64,000 nucleotides of DNA from Candidatus Fermentibacteraceae bacterium (GTDB taxonomy: Bacteria; Fermentibacterota; Fermentibacteria; Fermentibacterales; JCC-6). Of this stretch, positions 28,712 to 38,087 are shown one piece after another. The stretch covers positions 32,001 through 96,000 of the forward strand of contig JBGSZS010000008.1 in the NCBI GenBank assembly GCA_041750285.1. The letters are read 5' to 3'. The position numbers were made by a program, and so were the translations under genes. The notes under the pieces are model-generated. The model was not told the DNA's origin, did not search any database, and saw only the letters and a program-made list of their open reading frames with translations. Positions within the stretch are counted from its first letter, which is position 1. Each line of letters opens with the position of its first letter.

Positions 28712-31015
28712 ATGATTCTTCCATTCGACCCGGAAACCATGACTGTAAGGTGTGCCATCGGCATCCTCCTGGACCTTTGCCTGCTGCCCGAAAGCCTTCG
28801 CGGAGACGACGACACGGTTGACCAGAGAACACGGCTTTCCGTCCACAATCAGGCTCAGAAGCGAATTGCGGGCTCGACTGGGGGCCTTACCGAGGTGCGG
28901 ACCGAACTTCGGACCACTTCAGGAGGCATCCGCTTCCACCTTTCGGGCAGGGCGGATGTGGCTGCCTCGGGCGGTGTCTGGGAGATCAAGACCTGCTCGC
29001 CCCTCAGGGAAACACCCGCCAGAAGCCACAGACTGCAGCTCTTCTTCTACATGAGGGCTCTCAAGGCAGCATCAGGCCACCTTCTCTACATTGACCCCGA
29101 CTCAATGGAGGAAAGGTTGCTGGAACAGGACTACAGGGACCTCAACCGTCTCTGGAGGGTTTTCATCAGGGAGGCCGCGGAACTGGTGAAAAACGAGTGG
29201 CTTCACCACCGGACGCTGAAGGCATCCCTTGATACTTTCGGTTTTCCCTTTCCCAGGTGGCGCCCCGGGCAGGAGGAACTCGCCGTCTCCACTGCAAAGG
29301 CGGTTGAATCTTCGGGAGAGACCATGATCCAGGCCCCTACCGGAACCGGAAAGACAGCCGCTCTCCTTTTCGGCGCAATGCCGCCGGCGGTCCGGTCATG
29401 GAACACGGTGTTCTTCCTGACGGCGAAGAATACTCAGAAGAGGCTTGCGCTGGATACTGGGGTCAGGTTTCGTGATGGAGGGCTGCCCCTGCGTGTCGTG
29501 ACACTGTCCTCACGGCAGGACACGTGCCCGATCGAGACCGATCGCTGTTCTCCCGAAGCTTGCCCGTTGGCGGAGGTCTTCGAGGAAAGGGTTCGAAAGG
29601 CGGGACTTCTCGATTCGCTCCTCGCGCTTGGCGCGGTTGACACCGCAAGGATAGTGGAGGAATCCGTCAGGGCAGGGGTATGTCCCTTCGAGACGGCTCT
29701 TTGCCTGGCTCAACGCTGCGATCTGGTGATCTGCGACTACAACCACGTGTTCGATCCTTCAGCGAGTCTCAAGAGGTTTTTCGCCGAAGAGGAGACAGCT
29801 GCACGCATCGACCTTCTCGTTGATGAGGCTGGAAACCTGCCGGACCGGGTTATGAAGATCTGGTCTCCGGAAATCAGGGATTCATGGCTGAGGGCAACGG
29901 CATCTTACGCCCGAAGGACAGGGAACCGCAGGCTCACCACGCTCATTCGACCCTGGAAGAAGCTTCTGAAGGCTGCAAAAGCCTTTCTGCCCGATGACGC
30001 AACGGACGACGCGGCTCTGCCTTCAGACCTTTCTCCTCCGAAGGTTGACTCAGCACGATTTCGAAAGGTAATCGGCTCGGCTGCGGAACTGCCCCTGGAA
30101 ACTCTTGAGCTTTCAAGGGCAGTGGCCCGGTTCTCCCTGGTGGCGGAAAGGCTCGACTCGAGGTTTCATCTTCTTGCCAGGTCGGAGAAGGGTGACACGG
30201 TCCTGCAGTGGTTCTGCTCGGACCCTTCCGACCTCACCAGAGAGGTGCACAGCCGATGCAGGTCCGTGACGGCCTTCAGTGCAACGTTGTCACCCGCAGA
30301 CCATTTCAGGCCGCTCCTGGGACTCGCCGGTTCCGCCGGCTGGACCGAAACGGAATGGCCCTTTCCCAGGGAGAACCTGAAGGTGTGGATAGACTCGACG
30401 ATCAATACCCGCTGGAAGGCACGCAAGACCGCCACGGTCCGGGTAGCGTCACGGGTGCGGGGTGCATGGAAAAAAACACCGGGGACATGGCTCGCCTGGT
30501 TTCCGTCTTTCAGCTGGATGGAGGATGTCGCCAGTCTCCTCGGTGAATGCGATCCCCTTGTACAACCAAGGGTTACAACCCCCGAAGAGAGGGAGGCGTT
30601 CCTCGGGATGGCATGCTCGGGCGGGAAGCTCATTCTTGCGGTGGCAGGCGGTGTGTTCTCGGAAGGTGTGGACTTGACCTTTCCCGATCTGAGGGGGGGA
30701 TTCGTGGCCGGGCCGTCCCTGCCTTCGGTGAATACCAGACAGGAACTGGTGAGGGCAGTTCATGAACGGATCTTCGGAGACGGGTTCCTGCACGCCTACG
30801 TCATCCCAGGCATGAACCGTGTTATCCAGGCGGCGGGCAGGCTCGTCAGAAACCCCGATCAGAGGGCCGACCTTGTCCTTCTCGGGGAAAGGTTCGTGCA
30901 AAGCCCATATCTCGAACTGCTGCCGAAACACTGGCTCCCTGCCCGGGTCATCACACCCTACGGCATGAGAACAGAAAAAGGGGGAGGCCGAAACCTCCCC
31001 CAAAGAGCTCGATAG
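28712..31015 (+). CDS. DinG/Rad3-family Fe-S DNA helicase with N-terminal PD-(D/E)XK (Cas4-like) nuclease domain
   Basis: GRAD...WEIKT...HRLQL; APTGTGKT; four Cys (CPIETDRC...CP, CPF); CDYNHVFD; VDEAGNL; FSATL; EGVD; QAAGRLVR. Confidence 0.85.
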   Translation: MILPFDPETMTVRCAIGILLDLCLLPESLRGDDDTVDQRTRLSVHNQAQKRIAGSTGGLTEVRTELRTTSGGIRFHLSGRADVAASGGVWEIKTCSPLRETPARSHRLQLFFYMRALKAASGHLLYIDPDSMEERLLEQDYRDLNRLWRVFIREAAELVKNEWLHHRTLKASLDTFGFPFPRWRPGQEELAVSTAKAVESSGETMIQAPTGTGKTAALLFGAMPPAVRSWNTVFFLTAKNTQKRLALDTGVRFRDGGLPLRVVTLSSRQDTCPIETDRCSPEACPLAEVFEERVRKAGLLDSLLALGAVDTARIVEESVRAGVCPFETALCLAQRCDLVICDYNHVFDPSASLKRFFAEEETAARIDLLVDEAGNLPDRVMKIWSPEIRDSWLRATASYARRTGNRRLTTLIRPWKKLLKAAKAFLPDDATDDAALPSDLSPPKVDSARFRKVIGSAAELPLETLELSRAVARFSLVAERLDSRFHLLARSEKGDTVLQWFCSDPSDLTREVHSRCRSVTAFSATLSPADHFRPLLGLAGSAGWTETEWPFPRENLKVWIDSTINTRWKARKTATVRVASRVRGAWKKTPGTWLAWFPSFSWMEDVASLLGECDPLVQPRVTTPEEREAFLGMACSGGKLILAVAGGVFSEGVDLTFPDLRGGFVAGPSLPSVNTRQELVRAVHERIFGDGFLHAYVIPGMNRVIQAAGRLVRNPDQRADLVLLGERFVQSPYLELLPKHWLPARVITPYGMRTEKGGGRNLPQRAR
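30975..31001 (-). terminator. Rho-independent terminator of the acidic lipoprotein gene, inside the helicase 3' end
   Basis: GGGGGAGG-TTTCGG-CCTCCCCC-TTTTT on the minus strand. Confidence 0.8.
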
Positions 31016-31021
31016 CCAGGG

Positions 31022-31285
31022 TTACTGGGTAACGGGCTGCTCGCCCTCGACGACCTCGGCACCCTCGACGGCCTCGACGGCCTCGACGGCCTCGGTACCC
31101 TCGACAACTTCGACGCTGTCTTCGGTGACGACTTCCTCGATGACCTCTTCGGTCACGACTTCCTCGACGACCTCGACGCTGTCTTCGGCCACAACGGTCT
31201 CATCGGTCTCGGTGGCGGGCTCATCGCAGCCAAGGCTGGCAAAGGCCATGAAAACGGCAAGAAGAGCGATTACAAGGTACTTCAT
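31022..31285 (-). CDS. Small highly acidic Glu/Val-rich lipoprotein
   Basis: GGAGG RBS, signal peptide with SLGC lipobox, low-complexity mature part, own terminator. Confidence 0.85.
   Translation of the reverse strand: MKYLVIALLAVFMAFASLGCDEPATETDETVVAEDSVEVVEEVVTEEVIEEVVTEDSVEVVEGTEAVEAVEAVEGAEVVEGEQPVTQ
31063..31095. repeat. 9-bp tandem repeat CCTCGACGG x3 plus a partial copy (encodes EAV repeats)
   Basis: Read directly from the sequence. Confidence 0.9.
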
Positions 31286-31385
31286 TTCCCGGATCCTCCT
31301 GTAGCATACGCTGCCAAAGAATTGTCTGAATCTGAGATTTTCAGTTCAGAATTTTTTCACCCCGAACCATGACCCTTTCAGGGCC

Positions 31386-32333
31386 TCATGGGGTTGTAAT
31401 ATCAGCACGATCTTCGGGCGTTGTCAAGGGGGTGGCAATTCGGGAGTAATTACTAAAATGCACCTTCGCACAGCTGTATAAAACGCTTATTCCCCGGGCT
31501 TCCACCAGTTGCCTTCCTGTTGCGTCTGCCGGAGCGCCGGAGCCCGGGGCAATTGAAATACCGAATTCGAGTGACAGGGCTTCCAGTGATCGAAGGTACA
31601 AACCTCGCGCGACAATCGAAGCGGCGGCCACGACAGGGTCATCCTCGGCCCGGCAGCGCAGTGAGAGGGTATAGCCTTTCCCGGTGATCCATGGAGCAAG
31701 CCGTTCCCCGGCGCAGAACCGGTCCACTACCACCTGCTTTGCGCCCGTCCTTCCCAAAAGGTCGGTGATAACCTCTCCGTGGGCCATGGCCTGTATGTCG
31801 AGGCTGTTCTTTCCATTGCCTGCAAAATCCGAGAACAGCCTGTTGTATTCGGGAGGGGGTACAACCCTTGCCGACCAGAAGACCCCCTCCATCCTCCTGA
31901 CCACATCCAGAAGTTCAAGCACCTTTCGGTTCGAAAGGGTCTTGGAGTCAGCCACACCCGCGGACGCAAGCCGCGCTGCTGCAGTGTCATCACATGCCAC
32001 GCCTGCTGCCACGAGCGGGCCGAACCAGTCCCCCTTCCCCGCCTCATCGGTACCAATGCGCAGACCTGTGATCACCCCGGGGGCGGGTCTTCCCGACAAA
32101 AGGGCCGAAACCTCGGAGAGAAAATGCGAATCGCCGCCCGCAGGTACGTATGAGAAGCCCTTCTTTACAGACCAGTAGTAGTTCATCCTGCAGGTCTTCC
32201 CGCCTTTTTCCAATGTGGCCTGAATGCCGTTTGCGAGCTTCTTCTCCCCAACGGTAATGATACCCGCCCCGCCGAGAGTGAGTCCGGCCAGACGGGCACA
32301 CTCGGACAGCCCTGAGCACCGGGTGCCAGTCAT
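31386..32333 (-). CDS. rnhC: Ribonuclease HIII
   Basis: IGTDEAGKGDWFGPLV, GVADSK.L, VVDRF, VAAASIVAR, KVHF; extra N-terminal domain. Confidence 0.88.
   Translation of the reverse strand: MTGTRCSGLSECARLAGLTLGGAGIITVGEKKLANGIQATLEKGGKTCRMNYYWSVKKGFSYVPAGGDSHFLSEVSALLSGRPAPGVITGLRIGTDEAGKGDWFGPLVAAGVACDDTAAARLASAGVADSKTLSNRKVLELLDVVRRMEGVFWSARVVPPPEYNRLFSDFAGNGKNSLDIQAMAHGEVITDLLGRTGAKQVVVDRFCAGERLAPWITGKGYTLSLRCRAEDDPVVAAASIVARGLYLRSLEALSLEFGISIAPGSGAPADATGRQLVEARGISVLYSCAKVHFSNYSRIATPLTTPEDRADITTP
31398..31427 (-). promoter_or_regulatory. Putative internal promoter in the rnhC 3' end driving the lipoprotein gene
   Basis: TTGACA-N18-GATATT on the minus strand. Confidence 0.4.
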
Positions 32334-32340
32334 TCCCCCG

Positions 32341-33147
32341 CTACTCCTGCTCGAAGGGATTTTCGATTTCCAGCACGGTTCCCGGCGTGTAGGAATCGAG
32401 CAGGCAGGATATCTCTCCAATGATCATCGAAGCCGTCATGAGAACGGGCATGTGTCTGCTGTCGTCGGTGACCCAGATGAAGATCTCGCCCTCCTGCTTG
32501 AAAATGCCGTCACCCCGAAGCTCGGGTTTGAGAAGAAGGCAGTCGAAGGTGCCTGCGGGAGTTCTTATGGTGTTGCGCTCAAGCACGTTCACCCACAGAG
32601 GGTAGTTGTCGTTGTCAACGTGGACATCCATGCTGAACCTGTCTCCGAGTTCGAAGGACAGGGTTCTGGCATAGTAGAATGCTCCCAGTACATCCAGGGC
32701 ATGAGGCGGGATTGGGTCCTCCATCTTCTCGGGGTCGGTCTCGCCGGGATATCTCGCGACGCCTTCTTCCTGGTAGAAAAGGGTTTCCTCGGAGCGGGAG
32801 TAGCTGCCCTCCCTTAGATCCTTGAAATACCTGAGTGTATGGAGCTGAACGACGTCGAGGTGCGAACGGTTCACGTCCCTCACGGTGAAGAAACCGTCGA
32901 ATACCGGATTGCTCCGGGCTTCGGCGGTGATGCGGTACGCCAGCAGCCCGTTCACGTCTTCGGGACCCGTCACGGAAAGCGAGGCGGTGCCGGCCTTCAT
33001 GATTCCGTACTGAACATTGAAGACAAGCCTTTCACCGGGACCCCATGACTCGTTCGGAACGTACCTGCGGGTGTAATCGCCCCATTCCCAGACCGTAGCC
33101 GCCTGAAGGCAGGAGAAGATGACCATGGAGCAGAGGATTAACTTCAT
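32341..33147 (-). CDS. DUF3108-domain exported protein
   Basis: Signal peptide, GERLVF..YG..AG, F.VRD, EGSY, TPAGTFDC, WVTDD.R.MPV. Confidence 0.8.
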   Translation of the reverse strand: MKLILCSMVIFSCLQAATVWEWGDYTRRYVPNESWGPGERLVFNVQYGIMKAGTASLSVTGPEDVNGLLAYRITAEARSNPVFDGFFTVRDVNRSHLDVVQLHTLRYFKDLREGSYSRSEETLFYQEEGVARYPGETDPEKMEDPIPPHALDVLGAFYYARTLSFELGDRFSMDVHVDNDNYPLWVNVLERNTIRTPAGTFDCLLLKPELRGDGIFKQEGEIFIWVTDDSRHMPVLMTASMIIGEISCLLDSYTPGTVLEIENPFEQE

Positions 33148-34193
33148 ATGTCCGCCTTTCGGATCTTGCTTCCGGGTGTGATACACCATGGTGAGAGGGC
33201 TTGTTCCCATTTCCTTCCCACGGATTCAATTGAAAACTCACGACAAACATATTCCCTGGCATTCGCACCCAGGTATTGGCCGACTTCAGGGTTTTCCGCG
33301 AGATGCCGCATCTGGGCGGCAAGCTGCACGTGATTGCCCGGGGAATGAAGAAGCCCCGTCAAGCCGTCACGGACGATGTCGCACAGGCCGTTCGTTGCCG
33401 CGGCCAGAAGCGGGAGGCCCGAACTCATCATCTCCAGCCCCGCACGGCTGACGACCTCGCTCCCAAGACTTGTCACCACTCCTATCGATGCCCTTGCGAG
33501 AAGTGTTCTGACATCCTGAAGCCGTCCCGTGAAAATGACCCTGTCCTTCACACCGTGCATGCTTGCGTATTCGGACAGTTCCTCGGAGGTCTGCTGATCG
33601 TTCTCACCGGCGATGACCGCCCGCCAGTCAGGGGGCATCAGGGTCATGGCCCTTATCAGGACCCTGTGGCCCTTGACAGGGCTGAGGCGCCCCAGCGATA
33701 CCACAACCTTCTCCCCCGGAAAAGTTGAGGGGGTGAAAAAGGCGGTGTCTACCGGAAACGGAACGACCTCGACTGCTCCCTGCCGTTCACCCTGATAGCC
33801 CCTGGTGGCCATGAAGGGGGAGGGGAAGACGACAAGGGAGGTCCGCCTGTCTACAAACCTCCACAGGAAACCCCGTGAAGCCCTGCGCTGATCGTTGCGC
33901 ACCCTGACAAGGGGAACTCCCGGCAAAAGAACGGCTGCGGCGGTCTGTCCCTCACCCCGGTGGACGCAGAGAATATCGGGGCGGTGCCGACGGGCCGACA
34001 TCATGAAGCTCCAGACATTCCCGGGCACGACACACGGAACTCCTGATGCCCTGGCCATACCGGCGACAGGACCGGATGAGGGAACCTGAAGCAGCACGTC
34101 ATGCCCGGTCCGGGAAAGGCACAGCGCCTGCATTGCCGCACCCTGGGCCGAGGCGTTCCACCAGCGGCAGTTGACCGTAACGATGACCTTCAA
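33144..34193 (-). CDS. Glycosyltransferase family 4
   Basis: PVD...F, GRLSPVKGH, FTG..QDV, SE..SR..LEMMSSGLP. Confidence 0.88.
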   Translation of the reverse strand: MKVIVTVNCRWWNASAQGAAMQALCLSRTGHDVLLQVPSSGPVAGMARASGVPCVVPGNVWSFMMSARRHRPDILCVHRGEGQTAAAVLLPGVPLVRVRNDQRRASRGFLWRFVDRRTSLVVFPSPFMATRGYQGERQGAVEVVPFPVDTAFFTPSTFPGEKVVVSLGRLSPVKGHRVLIRAMTLMPPDWRAVIAGENDQQTSEELSEYASMHGVKDRVIFTGRLQDVRTLLARASIGVVTSLGSEVVSRAGLEMMSSGLPLLAAATNGLCDIVRDGLTGLLHSPGNHVQLAAQMRHLAENPEVGQYLGANAREYVCREFSIESVGRKWEQALSPWCITPGSKIRKADI

Positions 34194-34259
34194 GGCTTGT
34201 CCTCCTTCAGAACCGTTTTATACTGCACCCCACGGGGGATGAAAACACCGGGAGGGTGA

Positions 34260-35411
34260 ATGAAGGTTTCCCGAAGGCTCGAAGCGGTGCATATGCCGCC
34301 CATACACCCGATGATGAACCGAATCAGGGAAATGCGCATGACGGGTGAAACCGTGTACTCCATGGCTCAGGCTGTTCCATGGTACGGCCCTCCTGAAGAA
34401 GCCCTCTCATCATTGTCGGACAGATTGCACGATCCCGTGACCCACCTTTACAGCCCCGACCCCGGATTGGCCTCCACCAGGCTTGCACTTGCCCTCGACC
34501 TGCAACGACGCCGTGGCATCCCGATCGATTTCGAGACCGAACTGCATCTGACTTGCGGTGCAAGCCAGGCCTTCCTGGGGGCCCTGCTTTCAGTGGCGGA
34601 CCAGGGCGACAGGGTGATAGTTCTCGAGCCCTATTACTTCGATCACATTTTCGCCCTTCAGTTCTCCGGCATCATTCCTGACCTGGTCCCGCTTCGAGAG
34701 ACCACGGGCTGGGAGTTTCCGTGGGAGATGGTAAAAAGGCGCATCCCCGGCGCGAAGGCAATGGTTCTCGTCAATCCCGGGAATCCCACGGGCGCGGTAC
34801 TCTGCCACGAACACCTGAAGCTGCTCACTGAAGAAACCGCAAGAGAGGGTTGCGCGCTCATAATAGACGAGACCTACGAGAGGTTCAACTTCACCGGAAG
34901 CACATGGCACCCATGGATGGATGAGAAAGCCGGCCACGTCCTCACGCTGGGAAGCTTCTCCAAGAGCTTCGGGATGCCGGGCTGGCGGCTCGGGTATCTT
35001 TTCGGGCCGGGCAGCATTCTTGAAGAAGCACTGAAGGTGCAGGACTCGGTTGTCATCTGCCCCCCCGCTCCGGCGCAGATCATTCTCGAAAAGTGTCTCG
35101 ATCTGCCGGGTTTCGTTGAGGAGAAGGCATTGAAAGTCAGGGAAAGGCTCATCCTGTGCCGGAACGCTCTCGAGTCCGCTGAAGGGCTTCACTGGCGCGA
35201 GGCGGGGGGCGGTTTCTTCACCCTCGCCGCGTGTCCGGGTCTCGAAAGCTACGAGGCATCCGAGATCCTGCTGTCCAGGTATCGAATAGGGACAATTCCC
35301 GGGGGAGCCTTCGGCGAAGCGGGGGAAAACCATGTAAGGATCAGCTTCGGCTGCCTGCCCGACAGCTCTCTTCAAGACGCAATGGATGCTCTTGCTTCGG
35401 TCAGGTTGTGA
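34260..35411 (+). CDS. PLP-dependent aminotransferase class I/II
   Basis: GASQAF, PYYFDH, NPGNPTG, DETYE, SFSKSFGMPGWRLG. Confidence 0.92.
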   Translation: MKVSRRLEAVHMPPIHPMMNRIREMRMTGETVYSMAQAVPWYGPPEEALSSLSDRLHDPVTHLYSPDPGLASTRLALALDLQRRRGIPIDFETELHLTCGASQAFLGALLSVADQGDRVIVLEPYYFDHIFALQFSGIIPDLVPLRETTGWEFPWEMVKRRIPGAKAMVLVNPGNPTGAVLCHEHLKLLTEETAREGCALIIDETYERFNFTGSTWHPWMDEKAGHVLTLGSFSKSFGMPGWRLGYLFGPGSILEEALKVQDSVVICPPAPAQIILEKCLDLPGFVEEKALKVRERLILCRNALESAEGLHWREAGGGFFTLAACPGLESYEASEILLSRYRIGTIPGGAFGEAGENHVRISFGCLPDSSLQDAMDALASVRL

Positions 35412-35445
35412 CTGCTGATGCAATAACCCAAAGAAAAGGAAGAAT

Positions 35446-36924
35446 ATGAAACAGGCTGTATCTGTCCTTGTCATTGCGGCGTTCTTCACTCCCCTTGGAG
35501 CTTCCGCGGTAACCGCAACACAGGCGGAAGAGGTGGTGCTTGAAAGGGTGGGGAGGGATGGTCACGGAAGCACCCACACCATCGCCTGCATGACCGGGCT
35601 TGTCAGCCCGGACCTTGACAGAACGGTGGCGTTCGTCTTCGAGCTTGATCCCGCTGGGTTCGTTGTGACAGGTGCCGATACCGACCTGCCACCGGTGGTT
35701 TGCTACAGCTATGACAATGGTTGCAGGGATGACGAACAGGGTCGAAACCCTCTTCTGGAGATGGTGCAAAAGGACATGGAGACAAGGCTCACCCATCTCA
35801 CTCAGACTCCGGACCGGATCGTCATGCTCAATCACGCAATGTGGGAGGATTACGCATCGGGGGTGTGCACGGTCCTGTCCCCGGCACTTCTGGAACAGTG
35901 GCCCCCTGAAGGTTCCACCCCCACAGGGGGATGGCTGATGGAGAACTGGCACCAGAGCGCGCCTTACAACCAGTACTGCCCGATGGATCTGATCGCCGGG
36001 GCAAGGAGTGTCGCGGGCTGTCCCGCGGTTGCGATGGCAGCCATCGTGAACTTCCGCGAGAACACCAACGGAACAAGGTTCGACGACACCGACGATTACT
36101 ATCACAACTACCACGAGTACTACTGGATCGACGACGACTTCGTGGCACACGACTTTCCGTCCTGGCCCGTTCTCAACGGCTACATGGAAACCATCGACAA
36201 CCTGTACTCGACCCAGCAACCACTGACCCAGCAGGACAAGGCTGCCCTCGTGTACGCTTCGGGAGCCGCTTGCAGACAGGTCTACACCGCCTCGGTCTCC
36301 GGCACTTTCGGCGTGGGGCAGGCCTTCGACGCCTATCTGAGGTTCGGTTTCGCCGAATGCGAGCTTCTCGACGGCTCTTCCGACAGCCTCTACGAAAGGC
36401 TTTCCCAGAACATGATCGACGCCCTCCCGGCTCATCTTGCAATAGTGGACTCGGGTCCCACCTACGGTCACAATGTGGTGGTGGACGGTTACAACACAGA
36501 TGACTTCTACCACATCAACTTCGGGTGGAACGGGCCATACAACGGGTGGTACCAGTTTCCCCTCACCGAAATGCCCTACGGCATGAACATCATCGAGGGA
36601 ATCATCATCGATATCGGCGCTGACCCGCTATCCGCGGAAGGCGGCGCGATCCCCGGGGATATCCGGCCGGTCGCTCTGTCGGCCTGTATAAACCCTGCGG
36701 CAAGCCCTGTATTCATGGATCTGACGGCAACCCGTGAGTCCATGGTCACCGTGAGCGCCTACAGCGTTTCCGGGAGACTGCTCGATACTATTGCCTGCGG
36801 CAGTTTCGGCGCCGGAACCCACAGACTCGCCTGGAACACGGAAGACGTGCCTGCAGGGGTGTGCTTCATCGTGGCCGCGGGTCCATGGGGAACCGAATCG
36901 ATGCGTGTGACGGTCCTTCGCTGA
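35446..36924 (+). CDS. Secreted C10-family (streptopain-like) cysteine peptidase with prodomain and T9SS-like C-terminal domain
   Basis: WHQSAPYNQYCP, AGCPAVAMA, GHNVVVDGY, HINFGWNG; C-terminal YSVSGRLL...W...PAGV. Confidence 0.88.
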   Translation: MKQAVSVLVIAAFFTPLGASAVTATQAEEVVLERVGRDGHGSTHTIACMTGLVSPDLDRTVAFVFELDPAGFVVTGADTDLPPVVCYSYDNGCRDDEQGRNPLLEMVQKDMETRLTHLTQTPDRIVMLNHAMWEDYASGVCTVLSPALLEQWPPEGSTPTGGWLMENWHQSAPYNQYCPMDLIAGARSVAGCPAVAMAAIVNFRENTNGTRFDDTDDYYHNYHEYYWIDDDFVAHDFPSWPVLNGYMETIDNLYSTQQPLTQQDKAALVYASGAACRQVYTASVSGTFGVGQAFDAYLRFGFAECELLDGSSDSLYERLSQNMIDALPAHLAIVDSGPTYGHNVVVDGYNTDDFYHINFGWNGPYNGWYQFPLTEMPYGMNIIEGIIIDIGADPLSAEGGAIPGDIRPVALSACINPAASPVFMDLTATRESMVTVSAYSVSGRLLDTIACGSFGAGTHRLAWNTEDVPAGVCFIVAAGPWGTESMRVTVLR

Positions 36925-36932
36925 AAGGCACC

Positions 36933-37748
36933 GTGGGTAGTCCGGGAAAGGCTTTCTCACCGAGGCGGATCGCAGGAACGGCGTACCACCTTGCACGAAG
37001 GTACCTGTACTGGTACGTCTCTGCAACCCGCTTCGCGACGGAAAGGCTTTCCCGGTCACTGCCTCACACTGCCTGCGCCCATTCAAGCCCTCTTCTTCGC
37101 AACCTGCGAAACACCGACATGTGGATGCAGTACAACAAAATAACCAATCTGAGCATTGCGGTTCGAAAGCTCAACGGGCTTGTTGTCCGTCCGGGTAGGG
37201 TTTTCTCATTCTGGAGACAGATTGGAAAGCCGACGACAGCAAAGGGCTACCTCCAGGGAATGGTTCTCAGCAGCGGAAAGGTCATTCCGGGGGTTGGCGG
37301 AGGATTGTGCCAGCTTTCGAACCTGATCTACTGGATGACACTCCACACTCCTCTTACGGTCGTGGAAAGATGGCGGCACGGTTACGATGTCTTCCCCGAC
37401 GCAGACAGAGAGCAGCCCTTCGGCAGCGGCGCCACCTGCGCCTATCCTGCGATAGACCTACAAGTTGGGAATGACACCGGATCGGCCTTTCAGCTTCTGC
37501 TTGAACTCACTGAAACGCATCTGTCTGGGCGGTGGGTCTCGGAATCGGCACCGGTGAACAGGTACCTGATCGTTGAGCGCGACCACTGCTTCCGTCTGGA
37601 ATCATGGGGCGGCTACACCCGCAACAACAGGCTTTTCAGGCAGGTCTTCGATATCGGTACCGGAGAGCTTGCAGAAGAGACTCTGGTTGCCGAGAATCGC
37701 TCAATGATGATGTACAGCCCCCTGATCGAGGCTCCTGCGGAAGCCTGA
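36933..37748 (+). CDS. VanW-family protein
   Basis: NKITNL, PG.VFSFW, GY..G, GGGLCQLSN, ERWRH. Confidence 0.85.
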   Translation: MGSPGKAFSPRRIAGTAYHLARRYLYWYVSATRFATERLSRSLPHTACAHSSPLLRNLRNTDMWMQYNKITNLSIAVRKLNGLVVRPGRVFSFWRQIGKPTTAKGYLQGMVLSSGKVIPGVGGGLCQLSNLIYWMTLHTPLTVVERWRHGYDVFPDADREQPFGSGATCAYPAIDLQVGNDTGSAFQLLLELTETHLSGRWVSESAPVNRYLIVERDHCFRLESWGGYTRNNRLFRQVFDIGTGELAEETLVAENRSMMMYSPLIEAPAEA

Positions 37749-37836
37749 CAGGGCTGGAAAGGTTCATTGACAAGGCAGACTGCAATGCGCAGTGTTCCCG
37801 CCGTCGATCCATTCAGAAAACAGTCCGGGAGGAAAA

Positions 37837-38076
37837 GTGGAAAACATCATGGGGATCCTGCCGTTTCTCATCATAATGGGTCTGTACTCGGTTCTGTCGA
37901 TGGTATTCGCGTTCGTACAACCGCCGGCTTTCCTGAACGGCCTCTTCAAGGTTCCGGGAATCTTCGTCTTCCTTCCCGATAACCTCGTCATCCCGGTGGG
38001 TCGTGTATTCATGGGCCTGCTCGGAATCGGGCTGATAGTGTTCCTGGTGATAAGGCTGTCGGGAATCCCTGGATAG
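37837..38076 (+). CDS. Small membrane protein
   Basis: GGAGG RBS, GTG start, two to three hydrophobic segments. Confidence 0.65.
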   Translation: MENIMGILPFLIIMGLYSVLSMVFAFVQPPAFLNGLFKVPGIFVFLPDNLVIPVGRVFMGLLGIGLIVFLVIRLSGIPG

Positions 38077-38087
38077 GGCAGCCGGTT

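Noticed and set aside
28712..29200. CRISPR-Cas or type IV CasDinG locus
   Set aside because: No repeat-spacer array or other cas genes anywhere in the window.
31040..31200. CRISPR-like or mobile repeat
   Set aside because: The repeats are in-frame codon repeats within the acidic lipoprotein and have no unique spacers.
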